Positions 21,078-31,690 of a stretch of 64,000 bases of DNA are shown here, in pieces. Numbering within the stretch: the stretch's first letter is position 1; each line of letters opens with the position of its first letter. The DNA lies in assembly GCA_963773005.1 (NCBI GenBank), contig CAVYZR010000004.1:335272-399271 (forward strand). The letters are read 5' to 3'. The notes under the pieces were generated by a model. That model ran no database searches and was not told the DNA's origin. It saw only the letters and a list, made by a program, of their open reading frames with translations. Made by a program: the position numbers and the translations under genes. This DNA is from an uncultured Acidobacteriota bacterium. GTDB taxonomy: Bacteria > Acidobacteriota > Vicinamibacteria > Vicinamibacterales > 2-12-FULL-66-21.

Positions 21078-24000
21078 CTAGAAGAGATAGCGCAGCGCGA
21101 GCTGAATGTCGCGCCGGCTGCCATCCTTCGTAATCGAACGGCCGAAGTTCGTGTTGGTGATATCCGCGATCGGACCGCTCAAGTTCGGGTGGTTGATGAA
21201 GTTGAACATCTCCACACGGAACTGAATCTTCTGCGTCCCGGTGACGCTGAAGTTCTTGAAGATCGCCAGGTCCCACTGCTGGTCGCCCGGGTTCCGCACG
21301 ATGTCGCGGGTCGAGTTCCCGAATTTGCCAGCCGCCGGGTTGGCGAACGCCGCGGGGTTGAAGACGAAGTTGTCATCCTTGCCATTGCCGGCCGAGAACT
21401 TGCCGTTCGAGTTGGCGTAGATATCGCCGACGAGATCGACCGGCTGTCCGTTGCTGCCGTCGCCGACCCCCGCGATGTCGTTGGTACGGGTAATCGAAAA
21501 CGGTGTGCCGGTGCGGAAGAAGCTCGATCCGGAGATCTGCCAATTGCCGAGCAGGTTCTTCATCAGCGACGTCGGGTCGCGCCAGAACGGCAGGTCGTAG
21601 ATGTAGTAGACGCTGAGCACGTGCGTCCGGTCGTAGCTCGACGGCCCCCAGAAGTTGCTGTCGTCGTAGGTGTTCCAGAGCACGTTGCGCAGTCCGCTGG
21701 CATTGTCCTCGGACTTGCTGAGCGTATAGGCCATCCCGAACTTGAAGCCGTTGCTGTAGCGCTTGTCGGCACTGAGCTGGAGGCTGTTGTAGAGTGAGCG
21801 GGCCGAGTTCTCGGCGATACGGAGCGCGCTGTAGCCTTTGTAGGGGCGGAGAGCGGCGATGTTCACGCCGGGATTCGCCTGGACCGTCCCCGGTTGCAGC
21901 TGATTGATGTTTCGCTCGCGCTGCAAATAGAGGCCGCGGCGGCCAACATAGGTCGCATCGACCACGATTCCATATGGAATCTCGCGCTGAACGCCGGCTG
22001 ACCAGGTGTAGGCCGTCGGGAGATTGAACGGGATTTCCTGTCCCTGCATCGCGAGGGGCAGATCCGATCCTCCGCCCGCACCGCCGGGATTGTCCACGTT
22101 GCCACTGGCAACACTCACCATCGGCTGAAATGGCGGGTTGCCGCCGAGCAGCGACGAGTCGTTGAGCGTGACGCGGTTGTGGAAGACACCCGCGTTGACG
22201 CGTGCGATCGTCTTGTCGTTGATCGCGTACGACATGCCCAAGCGCGGCTCGAACACGTCGTAGTGCGTGTCCGAGAACCCTCTCGGCTCGCCACGGAAGA
22301 GCGCCTGAACCCTGGGATCCTGCGCGACGAGGAGATCGTTGCCGTCGCCCTCGAACCCGTCGCCCGGCAGTGAGATGCCGTTATAGCGATCGCCGCCAAC
22401 CAGCCGTCCCGTCGCCGGGTTGACGATCGGGGCTTTGGCGGGATCGTAGAACCGCGGATCGAAGCTCGCGATGTTGTTCGTCTGCGAATACCACGGCGGC
22501 CAGATCGCCCAGCGTACGCCACCTTCGATGGTCAGATTGCTGCTCGGCTTCCACGAATCCTGCACGAAGACGTCAGTTGCCAGCGCCCGCCACTTGGTGA
22601 AGGCGCGCTCGCCGATCTCGGCGTAGTTGTTGAAGAGGCCCAGTGCCATGTCCGAGATGCCAAGCCCCGACCGCGCCGTGCTGCTGTTGTTGAAAAAGAA
22701 TTCACCGTTCTGGTTGTTCGTGCCGCTCGGGATCGAGTTGACGTTGATCTGGTCGAAGTCGTCTTCGCCCGAATACTCGACCGAGATCCCGGCCTTGAAG
22801 GTGTGACGACCCTTGACGTAGGTCGTGGCGTTCGAGAACACGTGGATCGGCCCTTCCGACGACGAGGGATACGGCCCGCCGTCGATGCGCGTGAACGTAT
22901 CGACCGTGACACTCGGAATTTTGTCCTCGATCTCCTTCCGTAACGGGAAGATGTAGGGGTAGTTGATGCCCGTTCGGCTCCGTTTGTAGAGACCGGACTC
23001 CGTGAACACGTTGATGAACACCTGGTCCATCGAATACGTGTAGCTGAACTCGTTGATCAGGTGCACGAGGTGCCTGTCCAGTCGCCGTCTGCGTAACGTT
23101 CGGCCGATCCCAGTCGGTCCGCGCGTAAGGGAAGGTCCCGCGAAACGCGTCGACCGCTACCCAGTTGTACGAGCCGTAGCGATAGGTGAACTGGTCCTTG
23201 CCGCTCATCCGGTAGTCGAAGCGGATGTTGTCCTTGCGCTGATCCTGCGGGTTGTCGCTCGACTGGATGAGGTTCGCGGTGCCCTGCCGGAAGCCCGGCG
23301 TCGGCAGCGGAAACGTGTTCAGCATCGCGATGCCGTTCGGGCTCAGCCGGTTCGTCGGGATGATGTTGCCGGCGAACGCCTGGCCGGTCGTCGGATCGAT
23401 GATCGTCCGCGCGCCGGTGAAGAACGGGTTGTTCGGGTCGAGCAGCTCGCTGAAGTTGCCGGTGCGCATCAGCGCGGTGGGAACCGTGGCTGTGTTGGTC
23501 TGGATCTGGAAGAAATTGACCCATTCCTGCGCCACGAAGAAGAACAGCTTGTCCTTCAGCCCACCCACCGGGATGGGGCCACCGAGCGAGTACCGCGTAC
23601 TGCTTATAGTCGAACGGGGCCGGACCGCTGTTGTCGAGCGGGTTCGCGCTGCGGTTTCTCGCCCACGTGTTGGCCTGCAGCGAATCGTCGCGGTAGAAGT
23701 AAGAGGCGTTCCCGCTGAAACGGTTGCTGCCGCTCTTCGTGATGATCCGGATTTGCCCACCACTCGACACGGCCGTACTCGGGCATGTAGTCGCCGGTCA
23801 GGACCTGGATTTCCTGGATGACGTCCACGTTCTGGACGCCGACGATCGCGCCGTCGGATCGCGTGCGGATCGCCGTCGCGCCGTCGACGGTGATGTTGTT
23901 CTCGTCGTCGCGGCCGCCGTTGATGCTGAATCCGCCGTTGGTGAGGCTGGAGAAGCTGTCGTTGTTGAAGCTCCCGCCGACGACGCCCGCCTTCAGCGCG

Positions 24001-24490
24001 GGCAACGCCAATCGGGTTGCGCCCGTTGAAGGCGATCTGCTCGATGTCCTTCGCCTCGATCGTTTTTCGCAGCGTCGAGTCGGATTGCAGCGGCGACTGT
24101 TCGGCGGTGACGGTGACCTCCTCGGTCAGCGCGCCGGTTTCAAGGGTGAAGTCGAGCGCCAGCGAGCCGGCGGCGTCGAGCTGCACATTTGAGCGAATGA
24201 CTTTCTTGAAGCCGCTCAGCTCGACGAGCAGCTCGTAGCGTCCCGCCGCCAGGTTCGGGAAAGGTGTAGTAGCCGGTGGCGTTGGTGACGGTCGTGTTGG
24301 ATTGCTGGGTCTGGGTGCTCGTAATCGTCACGGTCGCGCCGGGGACGATGCCACCCTGTGCATCCTTGACCGTACCTGTGATGATTCCTCTATCGAACTG
24401 TGCGAAAGCCGTCGACGCAGCGCCTAGCAGTAGAAAACTGAATAGGACGATGCGGCGAAGGGGAGCGTAGCAGCTACGCTGTCGGCTCAT
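21078..24490 (-). CDS. Oar-like TonB-dependent receptor; about five frameshifts (near 24260, 24005, 23765, 23595, 23070)
   Basis: GIITGTVKDAQGGIVPGATVT; YMPEYGR..GGQIRIITKSGSN; FVQDSWK..LTIEGGVRW; C-terminal RRDIQLALRYLF; RBS GGAGG before ATG 24490. Confidence 0.88.
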
Positions 24491-24640
24491 GTTTCCCTCC
24501 TCCCGAAGTACAAGGTAACCCGGCCCTTTGCCTCGTGGCGCAGACGTGCACACCTAGGCGAGCCGGGCCGAAATGGACGGCCGAAAGCTTACCACACGGA
24601 GTCTCGAGTGCTCTGTTTTTGACAGTAAAATGACCACCCT

Positions 24641-25834
24641 ATGAGCACATGCCACGCTGGTCTGACCACCTCAACTCGCAACATCGTCGCAACTTTTTTT
24701 ACGCTGAGCCTCATCAGTCCCACCGTCTGTCCCGATGCTGTCGCCCAGATTGTCGTTTCCGCCAACGATTCCAAGTCGCGGCTCGTGGACGGCGTCAACT
24801 CGACCGTTCCGACTCCCCCGCCGGATACCGTGACAATCATCGAGATTGGCAAGGGTCAGGCGCGAATCCTGGCGGAGCTTCCGGTCCCCAACTCGATAGT
24901 CGGCCCGCCCCAGAACGTGGCTCTTTCACCCGACGGCGCTTTGGCGTTTGTCACCTCTTCAACGAAGCTCGACCCTGCCGACGCGACCAAAACGGCGCCT
25001 GACGACAAGGTCACGGTCATCGACCTGAGCGCGTCGCCGCCAGCCGTGCTGACGACGCTGCGCGCGGGTAACGGGGCATCGGGTGTGTCGATCAACCGCG
25101 CCGGCACCATGGCGCTCGTTGCCAACCGGTTCGAGGGAACCGTCTCGGTATTCACGATCGCCGGCAAGACCGTGACGGCCGCCGGAAAGGTCGAGGTCGG
25201 CACACCAGAGAGCCTGCTGAGCGGCGTCGTCTTCACGCGTGACGGCCGCGCGGCGCTGGTCACTCGCAACTTCGACAGCCTGATCTCGGTGTTGTCGATC
25301 GACGGCACCAAGGTCGAGAACACCAAGCGCGATCTCGCGGCGAACCTCAAGCCGTACGGCATCGACGTCACGCCGGGTGGCGACGCGGCCGTTGTCGCCA
25401 GCATCGGCGTTGGCGCCACGGGCGGCGCCGACACGCTCAGCGTGATCGATCTCACCACGAATCCTCCTCGCGCCGTGAATCACGTCGCCGTCGGGCCCGT
25501 TGCTGAAGGGCTCGCGATCTCTCCCGACGGCCGCTACGTCGCGGTGACGGTCATGAACGGATCGAACGCCTCTCCAAAGTCGCCGCTCTACAACGACTAC
25601 GGCTGGCTACGCATCTACGCGCTGAACAAGACGGCGCTGGCGCTCGTCGCCGAGACGCAGATCGGACACTGGTGCCAGGGCGCCGCATGGAGCGCAGACG
25701 GCCGCACCGTGCTGGCGCAGTGCGCCGTGGAGCGGGAGATCAGGACGTTTGGTTTCGATGGGCGCAGGCTGTCGCCTGGAGCACCAATCAAGGTCACCGG
25801 TGGACCGTCGGGGATCGGAACAGTGCGGAAATAA
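24641..25834 (+). CDS. YncE/YVTN-like beta-propeller secreted protein
   Basis: Repeated units such as VALSPDGALAFV, GIDVTPGG, LAISPDGRYVAV. Confidence 0.82.
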   Translation: MSTCHAGLTTSTRNIVATFFTLSLISPTVCPDAVAQIVVSANDSKSRLVDGVNSTVPTPPPDTVTIIEIGKGQARILAELPVPNSIVGPPQNVALSPDGALAFVTSSTKLDPADATKTAPDDKVTVIDLSASPPAVLTTLRAGNGASGVSINRAGTMALVANRFEGTVSVFTIAGKTVTAAGKVEVGTPESLLSGVVFTRDGRAALVTRNFDSLISVLSIDGTKVENTKRDLAANLKPYGIDVTPGGDAAVVASIGVGATGGADTLSVIDLTTNPPRAVNHVAVGPVAEGLAISPDGRYVAVTVMNGSNASPKSPLYNDYGWLRIYALNKTALALVAETQIGHWCQGAAWSADGRTVLAQCAVEREIRTFGFDGRRLSPGAPIKVTGGPSGIGTVRK

Positions 25835-25856
25835 GTTTGCGCGTGCATTCCTGGTC

Positions 25857-25947
25857 AAGAGCTTTTCACCGCGGAGGTCGCAGAGAACGCAGAGCCATAT
25901 AATGAGTTTTTCTCTGCGCACTCTGGATCTCGGCGGTGAGAAGCTTT
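25857..25947. repeat. Palindromic intergenic repeat, family A
   Basis: agcttttcaccgcggaggtcgcagagaacgcagag...ctctgcgcactctggatctcggcggtgagaagct. Confidence 0.8.
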
Positions 25948-25980
25948 CGGTGCCCGGAGGCTGCACCTGAGTGAACCGTC

Positions 25981-27345
25981 TCACACCCTCGACCACACGT
26001 AGTAGCTCGCGAACGCCAACATCACCGCGCTCGAGATCCACAGCAGCACCGTCGTGCCGAATGCGGGGCGAATGTCCTGCGGTACACGAGTGTGGCGGAG
26101 ATAGATCACGGCGCCGCCGATGAGCGGCAGCATCAGCGCCTGGGCCACCCCCCCTGCGACCACCATCTGTACTGGCGATCGCAGGAACCAATAGAAGGTC
26201 ACCGGCACGACTGAAAGCAGCACGACGAAGCGGTTACGCCAGCGAAGACGGCTGGCGCCATCGTCTCTCGCGTAACCGCCGGCGATGCGGACGGCGTCGG
26301 CAAACAGGCGCGCGTGCGCGGCCGTCGAGGCGAAGATGGTGCCGTAGAGCGTGATCACGGCGCCCAGGTAGAACAGCCAGAGCGTCCAGGCGCCGAGCGT
26401 CTGCGTGTAAATGTTCGAGAGCACGACAATCATGTCGCGGTCCGCCGGCACGAGCCCCATGCGGTTCAGTACGCCGGCGCCGAGCAGGTAAAAAGCCACC
26501 GTGGCCATCGTGTAGACGACCAGCGAGCACATGATGTCGAGGTGCATCACGCGAATCCAGCCGCGTGCGCGCGCCGTCCACGCCCGAGAGCCGTCGCGCT
26601 CGCCGACGAACCTGGCGTAGCCCTTCTCCACGCACCAGTACGGATACATCACGAGTTCTGTCGCGCCGACGCCGGTGATGCCAAAAACAGCAATCGCGGT
26701 CGCCAGACCGGCCGCTGGGAACTGGAAGCTGAATCCGCTTTGAAGGTCGGCAACACTCACCGCGCCGGGCCGGCGGAGAAGAATCGCTGCAGCACACACT
26801 GTGAGCAGCGTGAAGAGTCCGACCTTGACGATCGCGAGACGCTCGATGCGCTCGTAGCCGCCGCCGAGTAGGAGCGCCAGGGTCACGACGAAGCACACAC
26901 CCACCCAGGCGAAGACGGGGATCGCCGGCACGAGGATGTGCAGCACTTGCGCGACGCCACCATACATGCCGCCGACCTGTAGCAGCGTCAGCGTCACCGT
27001 CGCAGCCCAGATCCAGACCAGCCAGCCTACGCCAGCGCGAGGGCCGGGCACGCAGTTGAAGCCTTCGAGCGCGGTGTGCCCGGTCGCAATCGTGTAGCGC
27101 CCGAACTCGCCCTGGACGACGGGCTTGATGGCGCAGCTGAGGACGATGACCCAGAGGACGGCGTAGCCGACCTGCGCGCCGAGCGTCGTCGTGGCGATCA
27201 GCTCGCCGGAGCCAACGATCGCCGCGGCCAGCACCATGCCGGGGCCAATTCGTCGCAGGGCCCGCGCCCATGAATCTGGTGGGGACTCGATCGCTTCAGG
27301 CGCGAGGACGTAGGGATCGGAGAGAACCGGGACAGGGCGGTGCAC
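25981..27345 (-). CDS. Nramp-family (MntH-like) transporter
   Basis: IGPGMVLAAAIVGSGELI, FGITGVGATEL..YPYW, about 11 hydrophobic helices. Confidence 0.85.
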   Translation of the reverse strand: MHRPVPVLSDPYVLAPEAIESPPDSWARALRRIGPGMVLAAAIVGSGELIATTTLGAQVGYAVLWVIVLSCAIKPVVQGEFGRYTIATGHTALEGFNCVPGPRAGVGWLVWIWAATVTLTLLQVGGMYGGVAQVLHILVPAIPVFAWVGVCFVVTLALLLGGGYERIERLAIVKVGLFTLLTVCAAAILLRRPGAVSVADLQSGFSFQFPAAGLATAIAVFGITGVGATELVMYPYWCVEKGYARFVGERDGSRAWTARARGWIRVMHLDIMCSLVVYTMATVAFYLLGAGVLNRMGLVPADRDMIVVLSNIYTQTLGAWTLWLFYLGAVITLYGTIFASTAAHARLFADAVRIAGGYARDDGASRLRWRNRFVVLLSVVPVTFYWFLRSPVQMVVAGGVAQALMLPLIGGAVIYLRHTRVPQDIRPAFGTTVLLWISSAVMLAFASYYVWSRV

Positions 27346-27409
27346 GCGGCGAACATTACTACATGCCCGCCGCCACGTGGTGGTCGCGTGACGCTATTCG
27401 GGCTCTCCG

Positions 27410-28040
27410 CGTCTCGTGAGGAAGGCCGCATCGGCCTGGACGACTCGCGCCTCCCGCTTCGCGCCGTGGAAAAACGCCGCCTCCGCGCAGGTCTTCCGAT
27501 CCCGACGTCGCCTGCCGTACGTCCGGACGACAGCCGGCATCGGTTCGGCGCCACGTCCGAATGCCTGGCGTCGAATCAGCGGCGCCGTCGCTCGGAACGC
27601 TCCGGCAGCATTTTTCGGATCGGTGAGTCACGACGCTCAAGGTCGGCCCGACTCGCCCAGGCCGACACGGCCCCGGATTGAGACGCCGCGTGCCTCGGGC
27701 GATGGATTCGCCAGCAGCGCTGGCGCGCGGGGTCGCCGCGGCTCGTCGGATCCTGCCGACTTGAGCGGCGCGTGCAGGATGCCGCAAAACGTCCCGCAGC
27801 GGTCCCCTGCGGCGGCGGCGCGGCTTTCGCCACCACCCGTCGAGAAATCCGTCAGCCCAACCGATGCCGGCTGTCGCGCGGATCGTCCTAGCCGCCGCCG
27901 GCGACGCCAGCACACTCCGCGGAGGGACGTTTTGCCGCGTCGCGAATGGGGTCCCCGCCGCGCGTCTTTGGCGCGGTGGGGTGAGAAGCGGGAGGCAGGA
28001 GCCGACGAGCCGCGGCGACCCCTGCGCCCGTTGTTGGCTG
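27410..28040. repeat. Cluster of four diverged units in alternating orientation
   Basis: Perfect 18-bp inverted repeat 27528-27545/27859-27876; 29-bp inverted repeat with one mismatch 27729-27757/27994-28022; 12-bp inverted repeats 27449-27460/27985-27996 and 27784-27795/27924-27935. Confidence 0.75.
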
Positions 28041-28052
28041 TTTGTGCGCGTC

Positions 28053-28358
28053 CTAACCGCGCTCGTCGTCGCGACGCTTCTTGATGTCCTCGGCGACGTC
28101 CTTCTCGAGCTCGTGGCGCCGCTTGTTCTCATCGTCGGAGGTGTCTCCGAGGCTGGTCGTTTCGCCGCCCGTTTCGAAGCCGAGGATATCGCCGGGCTGC
28201 GCTCGTCCACCGAAATGAGGGCTGACGTCGCCCGCGCCGCGCGAGACGCCGGCCTCTTCCGTGGCGTCAAGCTCGTCAGGACGCGACTTATTGGTCGTCC
28301 GTTTCACATACTGTGGATCGAGCGTGCTCACACGCCTGTCGCGATTATTGTCTGTCAT
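28053..28358 (-). CDS. Small hydrophilic hypothetical protein (101 aa)
   Basis: RBS GGAGGA before ATG 28358; MTDNNRDRRVSTLDPQYVK...GDILGFETGGETTSLGDT; protein-like composition. Confidence 0.7.
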   Translation of the reverse strand: MTDNNRDRRVSTLDPQYVKRTTNKSRPDELDATEEAGVSRGAGDVSPHFGGRAQPGDILGFETGGETTSLGDTSDDENKRRHELEKDVAEDIKKRRDDERG

Positions 28359-28439
28359 TTGAATCCTCCGTTCGCTGCAGAGACTTCGTGCAAGACGGAG
28401 ACCCAATCGAAGGGAACGCCTCTTGCTACCTCGACTGGC

Positions 28440-28676
28440 ATGAGTATCAAACGACAACTGCTGCAGTTCGGACAGCGTCGGGTCACCAGACGGCTGCTTC
28501 GCGCGGCGCCCTGGATCGGGAGCGTGCTCGCGCTGGCGACTCTCGGCGCGGCGATTCGCCGCAAGGGCGCTCTCCGCGGGACGGTCGACACGGCGCTCGA
28601 CTTCACGCCGGTCGTCGGCGGGATCAAGAACGTCGCCGAGGTCATGCGCGGGCGGGACTTCATCGGCGATAGCTAG
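28440..28676 (+). CDS. Small hypothetical membrane-associated protein (78 aa)
   Basis: MSIKRQLLQFG...APWIGSVLALATLG...DTALDFTPVVGGIKN..EVMRGRDFI; typical codon usage. Confidence 0.7.
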   Translation: MSIKRQLLQFGQRRVTRRLLRAAPWIGSVLALATLGAAIRRKGALRGTVDTALDFTPVVGGIKNVAEVMRGRDFIGDS

Positions 28677-28694
28677 AAACCGTCTCATTGGCGC

Positions 28695-28815
28695 TGTCAC
28701 GACCCCACGTGACAGCACGATGTGCACGATGACACGATGTCCACGATGGATCCTTATAGAGGTTCTCGTCGTGTCCATCGAGTCATCGTGTTCATCGTGA
28801 ACCATGGCCGTCGGC
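28695..28815. repeat. ~120 bp palindromic element, family B
   Basis: tgtcacgac...cacgatg arms...catcgtgaaccatggccgtcggc. Confidence 0.85.
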
Positions 28816-28952
28816 AGCGTTCGCCGGGGTTTGGTTAACGAAATAGGTTCTAGCTTCGAAGGGCGTGGCTGTCGGATTTGTCCAAGCCCTCCGCCACCGC
28901 GCGTCGTATAGTGCCTCGGCAGGCGGGACATCTCCCGCCGTGGGGAGGATCG

Positions 28953-29885
28953 ATGCGGGGGCGTCTGGCCGTTACGGCCGCACTTGAATTGCTGGCACTC
29001 TCTGCGAACGCCGGACAACGTCCGGATTTTTCGGGCACGTGGGTCGCGGCGCCGGTAACCTCCGAAGCTGCAGGCGCTCGACCATCACCGCAGGTGTTCG
29101 GGCCACAGTTCACGATCGTCCACCAGGATCCGGCGCTCACTCTTACCCGCACTTTTGCCGGGTCGCCTGCCACCATCAAATACGTCCTCGACGGATCCGA
29201 AGTCTCGAGCCGCATGCCTGGCCGCTTGTGCGAGCCAGACTCGGGCGCCACGTGGACGGCGGCGTGGGATGGACCAGCAGTTTCAATCGCGATGACCAGC
29301 GCGGTGCCGCCAAACGGCAAGCCGATCAAGATCGACGTCAAAAGCGTGCTGAAGCTGGAGTCGCCGGACACGCTGCGCGTGGAGACGACGGCGCGCACGG
29401 CCGGCCAGACGGCCCCGCGCACCACGACGACTCTCTACAAGCGCACCGGCCCACCAGCGGCGCCTGTCGCGGCGGCGGTCAAGTCGGCCGACGCGACGAT
29501 GGCTCAAGTCGCATGGATCGCCGGAGAATGGACAGGAACGATGGGAAGCTCGTCGATCGAAGAGCGCTGGACCCCACCCGCCGGTGGCTCGATGCTCGCG
29601 ATCTCCCGCACGGTGCGCGATGGCCTGATGTCCGCCTTCGAGTTCCTCTGCATCGTCGAGCGCAACGGCGGGCTGGTCTACACGGCGATGCCGAACGGCC
29701 GCTCGCCCGCGACCGACTTCACGCTCACGAAGATTGACGCCACGAGCGCGACCTTCGAGAATCCGGCCCACGATTTTCCCAAGATGATTCGCTATACGAA
29801 GCTGCCGGACGGCTCGCTGGAGGCGGTCGTGAGCGGCGAGGGCGGCCAGAAAGCCCAGACTTTCGTATTCAAGCGACAGCAGTAA
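28953..29885 (+). CDS. Secreted protein with C-terminal DUF6265-like domain
   Basis: RBS GGAGGA; PDFSGTW N-domain; WIAGEWTG..EERW...FENPAHDFPKMIRY. Confidence 0.8.
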   Translation: MRGRLAVTAALELLALSANAGQRPDFSGTWVAAPVTSEAAGARPSPQVFGPQFTIVHQDPALTLTRTFAGSPATIKYVLDGSEVSSRMPGRLCEPDSGATWTAAWDGPAVSIAMTSAVPPNGKPIKIDVKSVLKLESPDTLRVETTARTAGQTAPRTTTTLYKRTGPPAAPVAAAVKSADATMAQVAWIAGEWTGTMGSSSIEERWTPPAGGSMLAISRTVRDGLMSAFEFLCIVERNGGLVYTAMPNGRSPATDFTLTKIDATSATFENPAHDFPKMIRYTKLPDGSLEAVVSGEGGQKAQTFVFKRQQ

Positions 29886-29923
29886 CCCTCCCCGGCGGCC
29901 TGGAGAAGTCGTCTCGCGAAAAC

Positions 29924-30042
29924 TGTCACGACGCCACGGTAGAACACGAAGTGCACGATGCACACGATGCTCACGATGAATTTCCTAAGATATCTTCGTG
30001 TTCATCGTGTCATCGTGCCCATCGTGAACCTTGGCCGTCGGC
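29924..30042. repeat. ~120 bp palindromic element, family B
   Basis: Same ends and orientation as 28695-28815. Confidence 0.85.
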
Positions 30043-30117
30043 CCGTCTCACATACTGGACTACCTGAAACAGACACCCCTATCCCGGCGTAGAATCACTC
30101 GCACGCACATGTCCGGC

Positions 30118-30151
30118 GGGTCTGACCCCGGTCTGACCCCGGTCTGACCCC
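30118..30151. repeat. Three tandem GGTCTGACCCC units
   Basis: gggtctgaccccggtctgaccccggtctgacccc just upstream of the RBS. Confidence 0.85.
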
Positions 30152-30166
30152 AATCAAGGAGTGTCC

Positions 30167-31033
30167 ATGAAGGTTCGACTCTCGCTGCTTGGCGCAGCGG
30201 TTGTGTTATGTACTTCGGTCATGGCGCAGCAACCGACACCGCCGCCGGCCGCCACGGCGCAAGTTCAGGCGCCGCCGCTGCGGGTCTACATTCACGCCGG
30301 GCTCAAGACACACGCCGAGGGTCAGCACGACTACCCGCAGTTCCTCGCCGACTGGAGCAAGCTCCTCACCAACCGCGGCGCGATCGTCGACGGCGGACTG
30401 CACTTCCCGTCGGCGCGCGAGCTCGCGGCCACCGACGTGATGGTCATCTATAAAGGTGACGCCGGCTACCTGAGCATCGAGGACCGCGCGACGCTCGACA
30501 ACTTCCTCCGCCGCGGCGGCGGGCTGGTCAGCTTGCACGACGCCCTCTGCGGCCCGGATCCCGAGCAGTTCGCCTCGTTTGTCGGCGGCGCCAAGAAGCA
30601 CGGCGAAGTCAACTACACGCTCGAAGCCGAGGTGCCATATACCGTCGTCGACCCGGCGCACCCGATCATGCAGGGCGTGACCAACTTCACGATCACCGAC
30701 GAGGCGTTCTTCAACATGACGTGGTCGAAGACGCCTGAAATCCATGTGCTCGCCACGGCGGTCATGGCGAAAACACAGAGCGCGGGAACGCATGCGGGCG
30801 AAGTCGTGCCGCAGATCTGGACCTACGAGAAGAGCATGCTGCCGGGCGCGCCGTCGTTTCGAGCGTTCGTCTGGATGCAGGGGCACAACTACGTGAACTT
30901 CTCCAATCCGCAAGTGCAGCCAATGCTGCTGCGAGGCATCGCGTGGGCTGGAAAGCGGCCGGCTGACGCGCTCGCCACCGAACGCCCGCCACAGCGTGGC
31001 GGCCGCGGTCGCGGCCGCAGCGGGCAATTCTGA
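30167..31033 (+). CDS. ThuA-like (trehalose utilisation, class I GAT-like) domain protein
   Basis: Signal peptide; GQHDYP, GGGLVSLH, HPIMQGVTNFTITDE, QGH, LLRGIAWA. Confidence 0.85.
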   Translation: MKVRLSLLGAAVVLCTSVMAQQPTPPPAATAQVQAPPLRVYIHAGLKTHAEGQHDYPQFLADWSKLLTNRGAIVDGGLHFPSARELAATDVMVIYKGDAGYLSIEDRATLDNFLRRGGGLVSLHDALCGPDPEQFASFVGGAKKHGEVNYTLEAEVPYTVVDPAHPIMQGVTNFTITDEAFFNMTWSKTPEIHVLATAVMAKTQSAGTHAGEVVPQIWTYEKSMLPGAPSFRAFVWMQGHNYVNFSNPQVQPMLLRGIAWAGKRPADALATERPPQRGGRGRGRSGQF

Positions 31034-31102
31034 ATGCTGAATTCTGAATGCTGAAGTAAAGGCTGAAGACTAAAGACTGAGAGCTGGAAGCTGGAAGCTG
31101 GA
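31029..31102. repeat. Degenerate 7-nt tandem repeats (CTGAAT/CTGAAG/CTGGAAG)
   Basis: tctgaatgctgaattctgaatgctgaag...gctggaagctggaagctgga fills the intergenic gap. Confidence 0.75.
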
Positions 31103-31108
31103 GGGTTC

Positions 31109-31685
31109 GTGAGCAAGCGCATTCTCATCATCACGGGCGACGGCGGCGAGAGCTACGAGACGTGGTTCGCCGTGCACCGCTTTCAGGAAGCGGGCTATGT
31201 GCCTCACGTCGCGGCGCCGTCCAAGCGGCGGCTGCACCTCGTGATGCACGACTTCGAGCCAGGCTGGGATACCTACAAGGAAAGCCCGGGATACGCGATC
31301 GAATCGGACGTCACGTTCGACGATGTGCGCGTCGGGGACTTACGAAGCGGTGATGTGCATCGGCGGCCGCGCGCCGGAGTATCTGCGCAACGACGCGCGA
31401 GTGCTCGCGATCCTCCGCGAGTTCGACGCTCAGCAGAAGTGGATCTTCTCGATCTGCCACGGGATCCAACTCGTGGCGGCAGCCGGGCTCGCCAAGGGCA
31501 AGCGATTCACCTGCTACGAGCACGTCCGCCTCGAGGTCGAAGCGGTTGGCGGCCACTACGTGACCGCGGAGACGATAACTGACGGCCGCCTGGTGTCGTC
31601 GCCCACCTGGCGCGAGCACCCAGCGTTCTACCGCGACGTGTTCGCCTGCCTCCAACGACAGGTTCAAGCGGTTCGAACCTCCTGA
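31109..31685 (+). CDS. DJ-1/PfpI family protein; one frameshift near 31341
   Basis: RILIITGDGGESYE in one frame; GGRAPEYLR and the catalytic ICHG in the next. Confidence 0.88.
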
Positions 31686-31690
31686 ACCTC

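Noticed and set aside
27359-28084. ORFs of 222-303 aa across the 27.4-28.0 kb gap
   Set aside because: Arg/Ala/Pro-rich translations of GC-rich repeat DNA with no protein-like features.
4770-31345. Programmed frameshifting or pseudogenisation in DUF1549, both TonB receptors and PfpI
   Set aside because: Scattered single-base indels without slippery motifs in unrelated genes; sequencing error is the simpler explanation.
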